Positions 37,821-49,089 of a stretch of DNA of 51,496 nt are shown here, piece by piece. The number at the start of each line of letters is the position of its first letter. The stretch's first letter is position 1. The DNA comes from Octopus bimaculoides (taxonomy: Eukaryota). The stretch covers positions 96,164,985-96,216,480 of the forward strand of contig NC_068986.1 of the NCBI RefSeq assembly GCF_001194135.2, given 5' to 3'. Position numbers and translations under genes: made by a program. The notes under the pieces are model-generated. The model was not told the origin of the DNA and searched no databases. It saw only the letters and a program-made list of their open reading frames with translations.

Positions 37821-38884
37821 TTGAGCGGGCTCAGCTACTGAAAGCGAGTCTCTTGACCACTGCCTCAACTCAGCATTGACAAACAGGACTTGAACCATTG
37901 TCCTCTGACCAAGCAGCTCAGTAAGCTATCGTCTCTTCCAAATAATACTCTCTGCTAACCAACCGTAAGATCAGTGTAAGAAGAGCTGGAGGTTGGGTAC
38001 CAAGTGACTCAGGCAGTTGTCATCCTCTACTTACAACAATTCTGCTCTAGCTTGGCTGTCTTGTAAAAGAGAACTGCCTTACTGAACAGCAACAAAATCA
38101 GAAGCAGCAGCAACAACAACACTCGTTGTCATCGTCGTCGTCGTCGTGACCGTCACCACCCCATCATCATCACTATTAGCACCACCTCCATCATCATCAC
38201 CATCATCATCGTCATCGTTATCATCACCCATCATCATCGTCTCATCATCGTTGTTGTCATCAACGTTAGTGTCGGTATCATGTCTGAAGCACTAGTTTGT
38301 GAATATAGTCCTAGATAGGCGTGTCCAAATCAAAATGATAAGATTGTAATAATTGGGAGGTCTTTGATCCTAGATTTGCTTGATCAGAGCTAAACTAAAC
38401 TGAGACTAAACAACGAAACTACAACAACAATAACTACATACATCATTATCACCTCACAATGAAAACATAACGTACTTGAACCAACAATGGATCCTCTTAA
38501 CAAATATAGCAGCCAAATCTCCCTCGAATCACATCCTACCTGTTTTTAAAGTGACACGCTAAATAGGTGTGCCTTAAAAAAAGATGGGCTGGTCATGGTT
38601 GAATTGTCTTTTATTATAATTCTGTTAAGTTTTGGCCAACTTTGATGAAACAACAGGAAGTACCCCAGGAGAAAGGCAGATGTCCATATTGAGAAAATAA
38701 TGACCAACCCAGCTGATTTGTTTGAAGAGATATTGCTGTGACATTCGTCTGTTTACAAAGTGAGATCTGAGCAACAACAGCAGGAGCGACAACAGTAGCA
38801 GCTTTTGCAATATAAAAGAAATACTATCATCAGCAGACTAGCACCACTGACATTATCATTTCTACCCCTATCATCACCACCACT

Positions 38885-39459
38885 CAGGGTTGGATTAAGA
38901 CCCATAGGGGTCCTAAGCACTTAAAAGGTTTTGGTGCCCTCAAGTATATGTAAATGGTTCAAAATGTAAACAAAAATAATTCAAAATTTAAACAATAATA
39001 AACTATAAAATAAATTTTTATTTTTCAAAATGAAACGAAATTCACAGTAAGATGCAAAATAATGCTTATTTTTGTATACNNNNNNNNNNNNNNNNNNNNN
39101 NNNNNNNNNNNNNNNNNNNNNNNNNNNNNNNNNNNNNNNNNNNNNNNNNNNNNNNNNNNNNNNNNNNNNNNNNNNNNNNNNNNNNNNNNNNNNNNNNNNN
39201 NNNNNNNNNNNNNNNNNNNNNNNNNNNNNNNNNNNNNNNNNNNNNTTTTTTTTTTTGCAAAGTGTTCGATATCGTTAAAATCAATTTTACGTAAAACTTC
39301 TGCTTCTATACTTAGTATAGATAAGGCATTACGAATATTATTTTAGCAAGTTTAAAATGATTTCTTTTGTGCCGTAAACCATTTTCATTTCTGTGGTACC
39401 TCTGTCTCTTGATGCCCTAAGCACGTGCTTATTTGGGTCAATGGGTTAATCCAGTGCTG
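38885..39459 (-). mobile_element. Non-autonomous hAT deletion derivative retaining the transposase C-terminus
   Basis: TIRs CAGGGTTGGATTAA and TTAATCCAGTGCTG; TSD CCACCACT/CCACCACG; minus strand 39327-39247 reads ALSILSIEAEVLRKIDFNDIEHFAKKK. Confidence 0.88.
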
Positions 39460-41130
39460 CCACCACGTCCATCAATACCATTATTATCATCACCAACTTT
39501 ATCGTCATTACCACCGTTATCTTCATTACAATAACTATCAACACCAACATTATCATACCATTACTATCACACCAATATTATCACCATCACCACCACTATC
39601 TTCATTATCATGACAAACTCTATCATCCCAACATTATCGTTACCAAAGCTATCACATCAACACTATCATCATCACAATCACTACCATCGCCAACATTATC
39701 GTTACTAACGCTATCACGCCAATTCTATCATCATCACCACCACTATTTTCATTGTCAACATTATCATCACAATCACTATCATCACTAACGTTATCACTAC
39801 CAACACTATTACCAACACCACTACCATCAACATCACAATCACCATGACCACCACTATCTTCATCAACAGCACTATTGCCGTTCCCACTATTATAACTAAC
39901 ATTATCATCACCAGCACTATCATCACCAATATCATCATTACCAACATTATCGCTTCAAAACTATCATTAACGCCACTATAATTACCACTACGACTAATAT
40001 CATTAGCACCACCATCGCCAACATTATTGTCCACCAACATTATCATCACCACAACAACTATTGGCACCATCACCGCCACCGTTACTACAAACTATCACCA
40101 CCACTACCACCACCACCACCACCACCACCAACGCCGCCGCCGCTGCCGTCATTTCTGCAACTACCTCCAATGCTACAGACACACAAAGTACATATAACCT
40201 TCAAAACTTGCAACACTGCGGTAAGAAACAGCTGCAGTATCAACAACAACATTGACAACAATAACAACAATCACAACATTGACGACACCAACGGCCACAA
40301 AGAGCGCTGTCTCAAAATAACATCACAGCTTTCCTCTTTCACTTGTTGCTATTTAACACCAGGACGTCTATGACCATTATCACTTTTAAACAACTGCGAC
40401 TACATTGTTCTAGTCTATCCAGATTTATTTAAGAGAGTAGCCTGCGTGATCTAGGGAGAACTTTGACTACTATTTCTAGCAAGTTCAGCGATCGTGTAAA
40501 GGTTTCTTCGTTGATTCAGTGCAGTAGAGAAGACGATGGTGATGGCGGTGGTTATGTTTGTGACAATGTAGGTGGCATTAGTGAGTGTTAATGGCGGTGG
40601 TGGTGGTGGTGGTGGTGATGGTTGTACTGGTAGTGTTGTTTATGTTGTTGTTGTTGTTGCGGTGGTGGCGAAGGTGGTAATGTTACGGTGGTGATACGTT
40701 TTTTTTTTTGTTTAAACTCGTCAACCTTGATCGAGCAGAGCTATGAGTCAAAGACTTTCGGACCTTAACCAGCCTGTCTTTCTTCTTTGTTTGTTTGTTT
40801 GTTCTTTCATTGTTTCTTTCTTTCTTTCTTCACATCTTTCGTATGTCCAGAACCACATTGTTTTAAGACGATACAATGTGAAGTGGGAAAGATTTGGCTG
40901 CCATTTCTAGGAGGTCAAATGACCAAATAGAAGCTTCTCTTTAGTCGTGAACTTTAGGGCGGCTCTTGTGGTGGCGATGGTGGAGGTGGTGGCAGTGGTG
41001 GTGGTGATGGTAGTGGCGGTGGTGGTAGGGTGATGGTTGGCCGTAAACAGTTATAGTGAGGAGATGATGATGTTGTTGTTGTTGTTGCGGTGGTGGTGGT
41101 GGTGGTGGTTGAGGTGGTGATGACTGAAGG
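39460..41130. repeat. Degenerate (CAT/CAC)n tract (39460-40330) and (GGT)n tract (40530-41130)
   Basis: Low-complexity trinucleotide tracts of opposite strand bias. Confidence 0.85.
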
Positions 41131-41479
41131 AGATTAGTCAATGGAAGAGGGGACAGTTGCCCGTGCCCAGATGAAATTGATGTGATGACGAGTTCAATTT
41201 AATATATCTATGGGTTGAGTAGAGATGATGTTGTAGAGCATCAAAATTTCTAGGCAAAAACAATGTTGAGCAAGTTATTCAATGCAGCATAAGAGTGAAT
41301 GAAGGGTTACACAATTTGCTGCAGCTATAACTGACTAGGAATAGGTACCGTTGAAGCTTTTGTCATCACAACCCGCATGAGGTGAAGGAAGAAAGAGAAG
41401 CAGGTTTTTCAGATGTGCAGGAATGGAGGGCAGATGTGCAAGATGAGGGCTGAGAACTCGATAAAGGCTTTCTTTGATT

Positions 41480-42285
41480 TTTTTCTCTTGTTTCTGTCAT
41501 TGGGCTGTGGCCATGCTGAGGCTCCATCTTAAAGGGTTCAGACAATGAAAACAACTCCAGTGCTTATTTTTTAAAGCCTGATACATATTCTTGCAGTGGA
41601 GGCGCAATGGCCCAGTGGTTACGGCAGCGGACTCACGGTCGTAGGATCGCGGTTTCGATTCCCAGACCGGGCGTTGTGAGTGTTTATTGAACGAAAACAC
41701 CTAAAGCTCCACGAGGCTCCAGCAGGGGATGGTGGCGAACCCTGCCATACTCTTTCACCACAACTTTCTCTCACTCTTACTTCCTGTTTCTGTTGTACCT
41801 GTAATTCAAAGGGTCAGCCTTGTCACACTGTGTCATGCTGAATATCCCCGAGAACTACGTTAAGGGTACACGTGTCTGTGGAATGCTCAGCCACTTGCAC
41901 GTTAATTTCACGAGCAGGCTATTCCGTTGATCGGATCAACTGGAACACTCGTCGTCGTAACCGACGGAGTGCCAACAAAAACAAAACATACTCTTGCAGT
42001 CTTTTTTGCCAAAATGCTAGGTTATGGAGACATAAACACACCAACACTGGTTGTCAAGCAGTGGTGGGGGACAAACACACACACACAAACACACACACAC
42101 ACAAACACACACACATACGACAGGCTTCTTTCGATTTCCAGCTACCAAATCCACTCACAGGGCTCTGTTTGGCCCAAGGCTATAATAGAAAGCACTTGCT
42201 CAAGGTGTCATGCAATGGGACTGAACTCAGAACCATGTAGTCGGGAAACAAACTACTTACTACACAGCCATGCTTGCACCACTCC
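41480..42285 (-). mobile_element. Family A SINE split by a family C SINE
   Basis: Tail 41480-41597, continuation 42001-42285 including the head. Confidence 0.8.
41598..41985 (+). mobile_element. Full-length family C tRNA-derived SINE with a 15-bp TSD
   Basis: Box A TGGCCCAGTGG, box B GGTTTCGATTCCC, CAA tail; ACATA(T/C)TCTTGCAGT at 41583-41597 and 41986-42000. Confidence 0.93.
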
Positions 42286-42574
42286 GTACCTAGTACTTAT
42301 TCTGTCAGTTCTGTTTTTGCCAAACTGCAATGAGCTTCCACATAGTTTCAATCTACCAAATTCACTTACAAGATATTGGAGTGATAAAAGAAGATATTTT
42401 CTCAAGATGCCTCGGCACATTGGCATTGAACCTGTTACTATGTAGTTGCAAAACAAACTTGTACAAGCTACCATACAGTGAGATTGAACCTGAGACTGAA
42501 TTGTTGGGAAACAAACTTCTTACCATACAGCCACGCCTGTGCCTATAATTTGGTTATGATTTATTTTCGACTCT

Positions 42575-42934
42575 GTTGTTGGCACTCCATCGCTTACGAC
42601 GTCGAGGGTTCCAGTTGATCCGATCAACGGAACAGCCTGCTCGTGAAATTAACGTGCAAGTGGCTGAGCACTCCACAGACACGTGTACCCTTAACGTAGT
42701 TCTCGGCGTGACACAGTGTGACAAGGCTGACCCTTTGAATTACAGGCACAACAGAAACAGGAAGAAAGAGTGAGAGAAAGCTGTGGTGAAAGAGTACAGC
42801 AGGGTTTACCACCATCCCCTGCCGGAGCCTCGTGGAGCTTTAGGTGTTTTCGTTCAGTAAACACTCACGACGCCCAGTCTGGGAATTGAAACCGTGAGTC
42901 TGCTGCCCTAACCACTGGGCCATTGCGCCTCCAC
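42575..42934 (-). mobile_element. Full-length family C SINE with an 11-bp TSD
   Basis: TTTTCGACTCT at 42564-42574 and 42935-42945. Confidence 0.93.
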
Positions 42935-43428
42935 TTTTCGACTCTAATACAACACAAAGTCAAAAACCTAGATTAAATGAGGTTGAAATCTAGGCTGGTG
43001 ATGTTACAATATCAGCTGTCATTTATAGACTATTAGAAATTTACTTTATTTATGCATGACAATTCATAATCATTTGATATAAGCAATCTGTAAATAACTT
43101 GTAGTTTATTTCTTTAGTTTTTTTAGTCATGCCCAAATGATTAAGTAGTTTCCTTTGCAATGACATGATCTTGGGTTCAATTCTGGAGCATGGTATCTTG
43201 AATAAGTATCTATTACTACAACATCAGGTTGACCTAAGCGTTGTGAGTGAAAATAGATTGGCAGTTGCCTGTCTATCCAGTTTGAATCAGTTGTATAGAA
43301 GCTCATCAAGTAGACTCAGAAGTACAGCATTATCACATACAGCATCAAGCTAATTCTGTCTGATTATCTTTTGATACCAATCCACCTGAAATTGCCCCTG
43401 GTTTTGTGATACAAACATCCTGTTTTAA

Positions 43429-43480
43429 CCCTTTAGCATTCAGACTACTTTGCCAAATGTAATGTTTATTTATTCACATT

Positions 43481-43515
<35 letters not shown>

Positions 43516-43697
43516 CTTAATGATGTCCGGCTTCCATGGTGGCGATTAATCATACATTATCACATAGCTTCAAGATTTCAAAGACGTGATTGCTTAGAAT
43601 GACCTTGTTGGGTAGGTGTTAGAGGCCAGATTTTGACAGTTTGAACATAAAACAGAGAATATTTGGGCCGGATGTGGCCAGTTTAAAAGCTAAAGAG
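43429..43697. mobile_element. Possible piggyBac-like MITE containing a nested ~60-bp RTE-tail insertion
   Basis: TTAA|CCCTTTAGC left end and GCTAAAGAG|TTGAA right end; nested 43486-43544 (-) flanked by ATTAATCA at 43478-43485 and 43545-43552. Confidence 0.5.
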
Positions 43698-44070
43698 TTG
43701 AAGTGATCTTAACTAAAACCTTCTGTCGAAATTTCATGTTAATTCATGTTCCAAACATCAGCTTAATAACAACAAAATTATTTCAATAAATTCCTTATTA
43801 TTTTTTCAAAATTAATGGAAATAAAAACAGTATTTCAACAAAAATATGATAACAAAAGAGTTAAAGGTATCTGTGGAATACTCAGTCACTTAATCGTTAA
43901 TTTAATTAGTAGATAATTCACTTGATCAAACAACTGATTCCTCATAATCAAACAGAGATTCAGTCAATACTTATACCAGAGTTGGTGGTTCAGCACTGCA
44001 TCTCCCTTTATTACAGCAGCAACCAATTGAATGATGACTACCATTATCATTCAATTATTGTACTTAATTA

Positions 44071-44212
44071 GCATCCAGCTGTAGAAACTCTGACAAATCA
44101 GATTGGAGCCTGGTGTAGCCATCTGGTTCGCCAGTCCTCAGTCAAATCGTCCAACCCATGCTAGCATGGAAGGCGGACGTTAAACGATGACGATGATGAT
44201 GATGATGATGAT
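44071..44212 (+). mobile_element. 5'-truncated RTE 3' end with (GAT)n tail
   Basis: Closely similar to ~3078-3227. Confidence 0.88.
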
Positions 44213-44244
44213 TCATTTTATAATTTCTAACATTGGCGTCATTT

Positions 44245-44400
44245 TGGCAAGCTGGCAGAATCATTAGCATGCCAAGCAAAATGCTTAGCGGTATGTGTCC
44301 ATCTTTACGTTCTGAGTTCAAATTCCACTTTGTCTTTCACCCTTTTAAGATCAATGAAATAAGTACCTGTTGAGCACTGGAGTAGATATAATCGACTTAA
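44245..44400 (+). mobile_element. Decayed family B SINE
   Basis: GCTGGCAGAATCATTAGCA...GAGTTCAAATTCC...AATCGACTTAA. Confidence 0.75.
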
Positions 44401-45166
44401 CTAGTCCTGTGTAAGAGTATAAAAACAGCATCGCTCTGCCAAGTCATGTTGAGCCAATGTGGCAGAGTAGGCTCATCAAACCAGTATAATCTCAAGCTCA
44501 AATTCACAGCCTCCACATTAGACTGTGGTTGGTGGAGACAACATGATGAGGCCTTCGTCTTGCAGTGGACTGAGCATAGGCAATCCAGTCCAATCCTCTC
44601 TGTACCACTTATACTCCTCCTCGATGTTCCAATATCTATTTCTCTCTCTCTCTCACTCCCTTTCTCTCACTCTGTCTCTCTCTTTCTCTTTAACTCTATC
44701 TCTCCTTCTTTCTTTTCTTACTGGGGTAGCTAAATATCTCCTCTATAGTAAGACACATATCTCTATCCTTCTGTTATACTTTAACCTTTGAACCGCTTCA
44801 AAGCCACCTCCTTTGGTTCAACTCCCTCTCCCAGCTGAGAGGTTTTCATCTCACAAGTTACTTGGTGATCCTGCTGCTATTGGTGCCACATAAAAAGCAC
44901 CAGTGCTGGTGCTAACATGAAAAGCACCAGTGTTGGTGCTACATGAAAAGCACCATGTACACTCTGTGAAGTGTTTGGCATTAGGAAGAACATCCCGACT
45001 TAACTAGTCCTTGGTAAGAGCATAAAAACAGCATCGCTCTGCCAAGTCATGTTGAGCCAATGTGGCAGAGTAGGCTCATCAAACCAGTATGATCTCAAGC
45101 TCAAATTCACAGCTTCCACATCAGACTGTGGTTGGTGGAGACAACATGATGAGGCCTTTGTCTTGC
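44393..45166 (+). repeat. 171-bp direct repeat pair, offset 603 bp
   Basis: 44393-44563 versus 44996-45166, 7 mismatches by manual count. Confidence 0.95.
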
Positions 45167-45240
45167 TGGGCAAACTGGACCTCTCCAGTTTTCCTAGCTC
45201 CAGTCAACCCACGCCAGTATACAAGATAGATAGATGTTAA
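44740..45240 (+). mobile_element. RTE-type 3'UTR fragment interrupted by the second direct-repeat copy
   Basis: Three GGTGC..A(C/T)A..AAAAGCACC units, GGCATTAGGAAG, then CAACCCACGCCAGTAT...GTTAAA and an AAT tail. Confidence 0.65.
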
Positions 45241-45248
45241 ATAATAAT

Positions 45249-45293
<45 letters not shown>

Positions 45294-45297
45294 TAAC

Positions 45298-45358
<61 letters not shown>

Positions 45359-45544
45359 TTAATCCTTTCAACTAAAGGCACAAGGCCTGAAATTTGGCTG
45401 GAGGGGACTGGTTGATTACATCAACCCCAGGGCTTAACTGGTACTTATTTTATCTACCCTGAAAAGATGGAAGGCAAAGTCAACCTCAGAGGAATTTGAA
45501 TTAATAATAATAATAATAATAAAGTCAACTTTAGAGGCATTTGA

Positions 45545-45580
<36 letters not shown>

Positions 45581-45610
45581 CTTTTCTACTAAAGGTACAA
45601 GGCCTGAAAA
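45241..45610 (-). repeat. (AAT)n tracts interleaved with truncated family B-type SINE ends
   Basis: ACTAAAGG(C/T)ACAAGGCCTGAAA twice; AAAGTCAAC..AGAGG.ATTTGAATT twice. Confidence 0.75.
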
Positions 45611-45767
45611 TTTGGTGGGAGGGTGCTTTTTATGTGGCACACACAAACACACACAAACACACACACACACACACACACACACATGAACACATATACTAAC
45701 ATACTTTGACTATATATATAGATGTGTTTATATGGAGGTGAAGTGTATATTAGAAATATTCATTTAC

Positions 45768-45983
45768 TCTTTTACTTGTTTCAGTCTTTTGACTGTGGCC
45801 ATGCTGGAGCACCGCCTTTTAGTCGAGCAAATCGACCCCAGGACTTATTCTTTAGAAGCCTAGTACTTATTCTATCGATCTCTTTTGCCGAACCGCTAGG
45901 TTACGGGGACATAAACACACCAGCATCGGTTGTCAAGCGACGTTGGGGGGACAAACACACACATATAAACATACACACACACA
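45768..45983 (-). mobile_element. Family A SINE 3' half (young copy)
   Basis: High similarity to the reverse complement of ~7000-7175. Confidence 0.88.
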
Positions 45984-46387
45984 NNNNNNNNNNNNNNNNN
46001 NNNNNNNNNNNNNNNNNNNNNNNNNNNNNNNNNNNNNNNNNNNNNNNNNNNNNNNNNNNNNNNNNNNNNNNNNNNNNNNNNNNNNNNNNNNNNNNNNNNN
46101 NNNNNNNNNNNNNNNNNNNNNNNNNNNNNNNNNNNNNNNNNNNNNNNNNNNNNNNNNNNNNNNNNNNNNNNNNNNNNNNNNNNNNNNNNNNNNNNNNNNN
46201 NNNNNNNNNNNNNNNNNNNNNNNNNNNNNNNNNNNNNNNNNNNNNNNNNNNNNNNNNNNNNNNNNACGCCTATGTATATACATATTTTTTTTAAATCTTT
46301 TAGTCAGTAGGAAAATCAGTGCCCATGATCTTTTGCAGGGACTCCAGAACAGATGAAAGGGAAGGAGGAAAGGGAAGGAGGAAAGGC

Positions 46388-46863
46388 CAGTGGCATCGGC
46401 AATAGGGGAGCAAGGTGAGCAACCACTCCCCCAGACATTTTTTAAAATTGGTGCCTTTCCGACAATTTTTTTAACTCTTTAATTAACCTGTGCAGTAAAA
46501 GTTGAATCTCTTTTTTTTTTTTGTTAATGCATGGCCTTTGAAGTACTTTCAGGAGTCATTGCCTTATTTGATTGACCTGTCATGTGTTGGTGGCTGCTGA
46601 CGTCTGAAGAACCAAAACAAACCCTGAAATCGTAACTTCTCATCACTGGACAATCCTATGGAGTTTTATCATTTTCATGTCACACCTATATCAGTTGTTG
46701 CAAATTTCATACATAATGAGAATACAATTACATATATTATAGCTTATGAAACATTTTGCATTAATATAAGAAAAATAAGTTAAAAATTGTTTGGTATGTA
46801 TCATGGCACCTTTTTTTTTTATGTACATGCTCCTCCTAATTTTAGAACCTGGCTACACTCCTG
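46388..46863. mobile_element. hAT-type MITE (476 bp)
   Basis: CAGTGGCATCGGC and GGCTACACTCCTG ends; TSD GGAAAGGC/GGAAAGAC. Confidence 0.7.
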
Positions 46864-47420
46864 GGAAAGACAAGCTCAAACTTCAAACCTGGTCTGAATC
46901 CTTACAACAAAGCTGCCTCTGCTAAAGTCATCCAGTGTACCAAACAACAAAACTGGCAGTCATTAACACATCAGATAGGATGCGTCACAGTATTTGTTCC
47001 AACTTTCTGCTCTCTGATTTCATAATCCTGTCAAGGTCGACATTGCCTTTCATCCTTTTACGATCAATAAAAACCATTCTAAACCAGGGAGGAGCATTGG
47101 TGGAATTCAAAGAATATCAGAACAGATGACTGTGGTGTTTGTTCTGGTTCATTGATTTCTGTGTTCAAATCCCAGTCACTTGGTTTAATGCTACCATATA
47201 GCATCAGTGAAATAAAAAGTATTCCTGATCTCCCAGTATGTTTACGTGTGCTTAAAGTGTGTCCATATCAATAATATATAGCATTAACAAAACATGGGTA
47301 TTTGCTGTTATTTCATTGTTTATATGTATCTGTGTGTATATGTATATATACATCCATACATTTATACACATACATACATGTATGCACACATACACATATA
47401 TTTATACATGCACTTATAAT

Positions 47421-47463
<43 letters not shown>

Positions 47464-48206
47464 TTATATAATATTATATAGATAGATAGATAGATGCAAG
47501 CATACATACATACATACATACATACATACATACATACATACATGCATGCATGCATATGCAGAAAATACATACATATATGCATACATTTTATTATTTTACC
47601 TGCTAGAAAGGTTTAAATGAAACAAAAACATAATAAAATAATGAAAAAATAACAAAAATAATAAAAGTATATGTACACATATATTGGAGTATTATTTTTC
47701 TCTGTTCTACCAAACCTATATGTGACTGTGAGTGTGTGTGCTTGTGCACATTATTGTGTGTGTGCGTATGCATGTGTGTGTGAGTGTGTGCACATGCATT
47801 GCTGTGCATGCACACATATTGCTGTGTGTATGCACACAAGCCCATTGATGCACACATGCATGTGTGAATGGATCTCTATCAGTTTCTACAATGATTGCGC
47901 GCTTCTTCAAATGAATTATCTACTCCTGAATTAGGTTGTAATTGGCTGAGTATTCCATAGAACAGGTGTACTATTAATGTAACTCTCAAGTAGAGTCAGC
48001 ATAGTGCGTAACAAGACTAGAAATTACAGGAGCAGCCATCTAAGAGGCTCCCATTTAGTTTCCAACTGCCAAATTTCATTCATAAGCTGTAGGTTGACCC
48101 AAGGCTATGGAAAATGATATTTGTCCCAAGATGTGGGATTGAACCTAGTATCTCAGGGTTGTGAGGCAAACATCTTAACTCTTCAGCAATACTGTACGTA
48201 AATATA

Positions 48207-48239
<33 letters not shown>

Positions 48240-48274
48240 ATATATTGTGTATACACACATTCCTCTCACTCTCG

Positions 48275-48309
<35 letters not shown>

Positions 48310-48310
<1 letters not shown>

Positions 48311-48767
48311 CTGAGCAACCATGTATCTGCTCCATAGCAAGACACCTGTTTCCACCTCTTTGTCTTTCTGTCACACTCTAACCTTTCATCAGCTGACACA
48401 AGATCCCCTCCTCCAATGCACCCTCCCCTCTCAAAAATTCCTTGTCTTGCAAATTAATTGGTGACCCTGCTGTTGCTGGTGCTGGTGCCATGTAAAAACC
48501 ATCCAATCTACCCTCTGAAGTGATTGGCACTTGGAAGGGCATCCAGTTGTAAAAACCATGCCAAAACTGACCACCTCACCTGTGCTGGTGCCATGTAAAG
48601 AACACTCAGTCCACATTGCAGAGTGGTTAGTGTTAGTAAGGACATCTAACCATAAAAACCATGCCAAAACAGACACAGAAGTGTGTTGTAGTTTTCTACC
48701 TGACCAACTCCTGTCAAACCATCCAACCCATGCCGACATAGAAGTTGGATGTTAAATGATAATGATG

Positions 48768-48770
<3 letters not shown>
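48310..48770 (+). mobile_element. RTE-type 3'UTR retroposon fragment with an internal duplication
   Basis: GGTGCCATGTAAA and AAAAACCATGCCAAAAC each occur twice; ends CCAACCCATGCC...GTTAAATGATAATGATGAT. Confidence 0.7.
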
Positions 48771-48812
<42 letters not shown>

Positions 48813-49089
48813 ACCACAAATATGTATACGTGTGTGTATGCATACATGTGTTTGTAGTCTCTTTGTCTTGACATTAAAGGAGTCAGTCATACAAGTGGAG
48901 TCTTTTGCTTCCAGTCTTTTGTGAAAACAGGTTTGCCTACTGAGAAATATTATTTTGCTTGAAAACATGTGAGGGTTGGCAACAGAAAGGGCATCCAGAT
49001 GCAGTAAATCTGCCTCATTGAATTGTGTTTAACCCCTGCAAGCATTAGAAATATATATATGAATATAATTCAAGTAATCAGCACAAGAA

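Noticed and set aside
38620-38830. Possible host exon (also 41130-41460)
   Set aside because: Short open frames only, with no homology recognised and no clear splice pair.
39714-40270. V/I/M-rich and poly-T/G ORFs (also 35365-35738)
   Set aside because: Degenerate trinucleotide repeats; no domain or splice evidence.
41598-41675. tRNA gene (also the heads at 6758, 30729, 42860 and 49990)
   Set aside because: Box A/B motifs are present but continue into SINE bodies with tails and TSDs.
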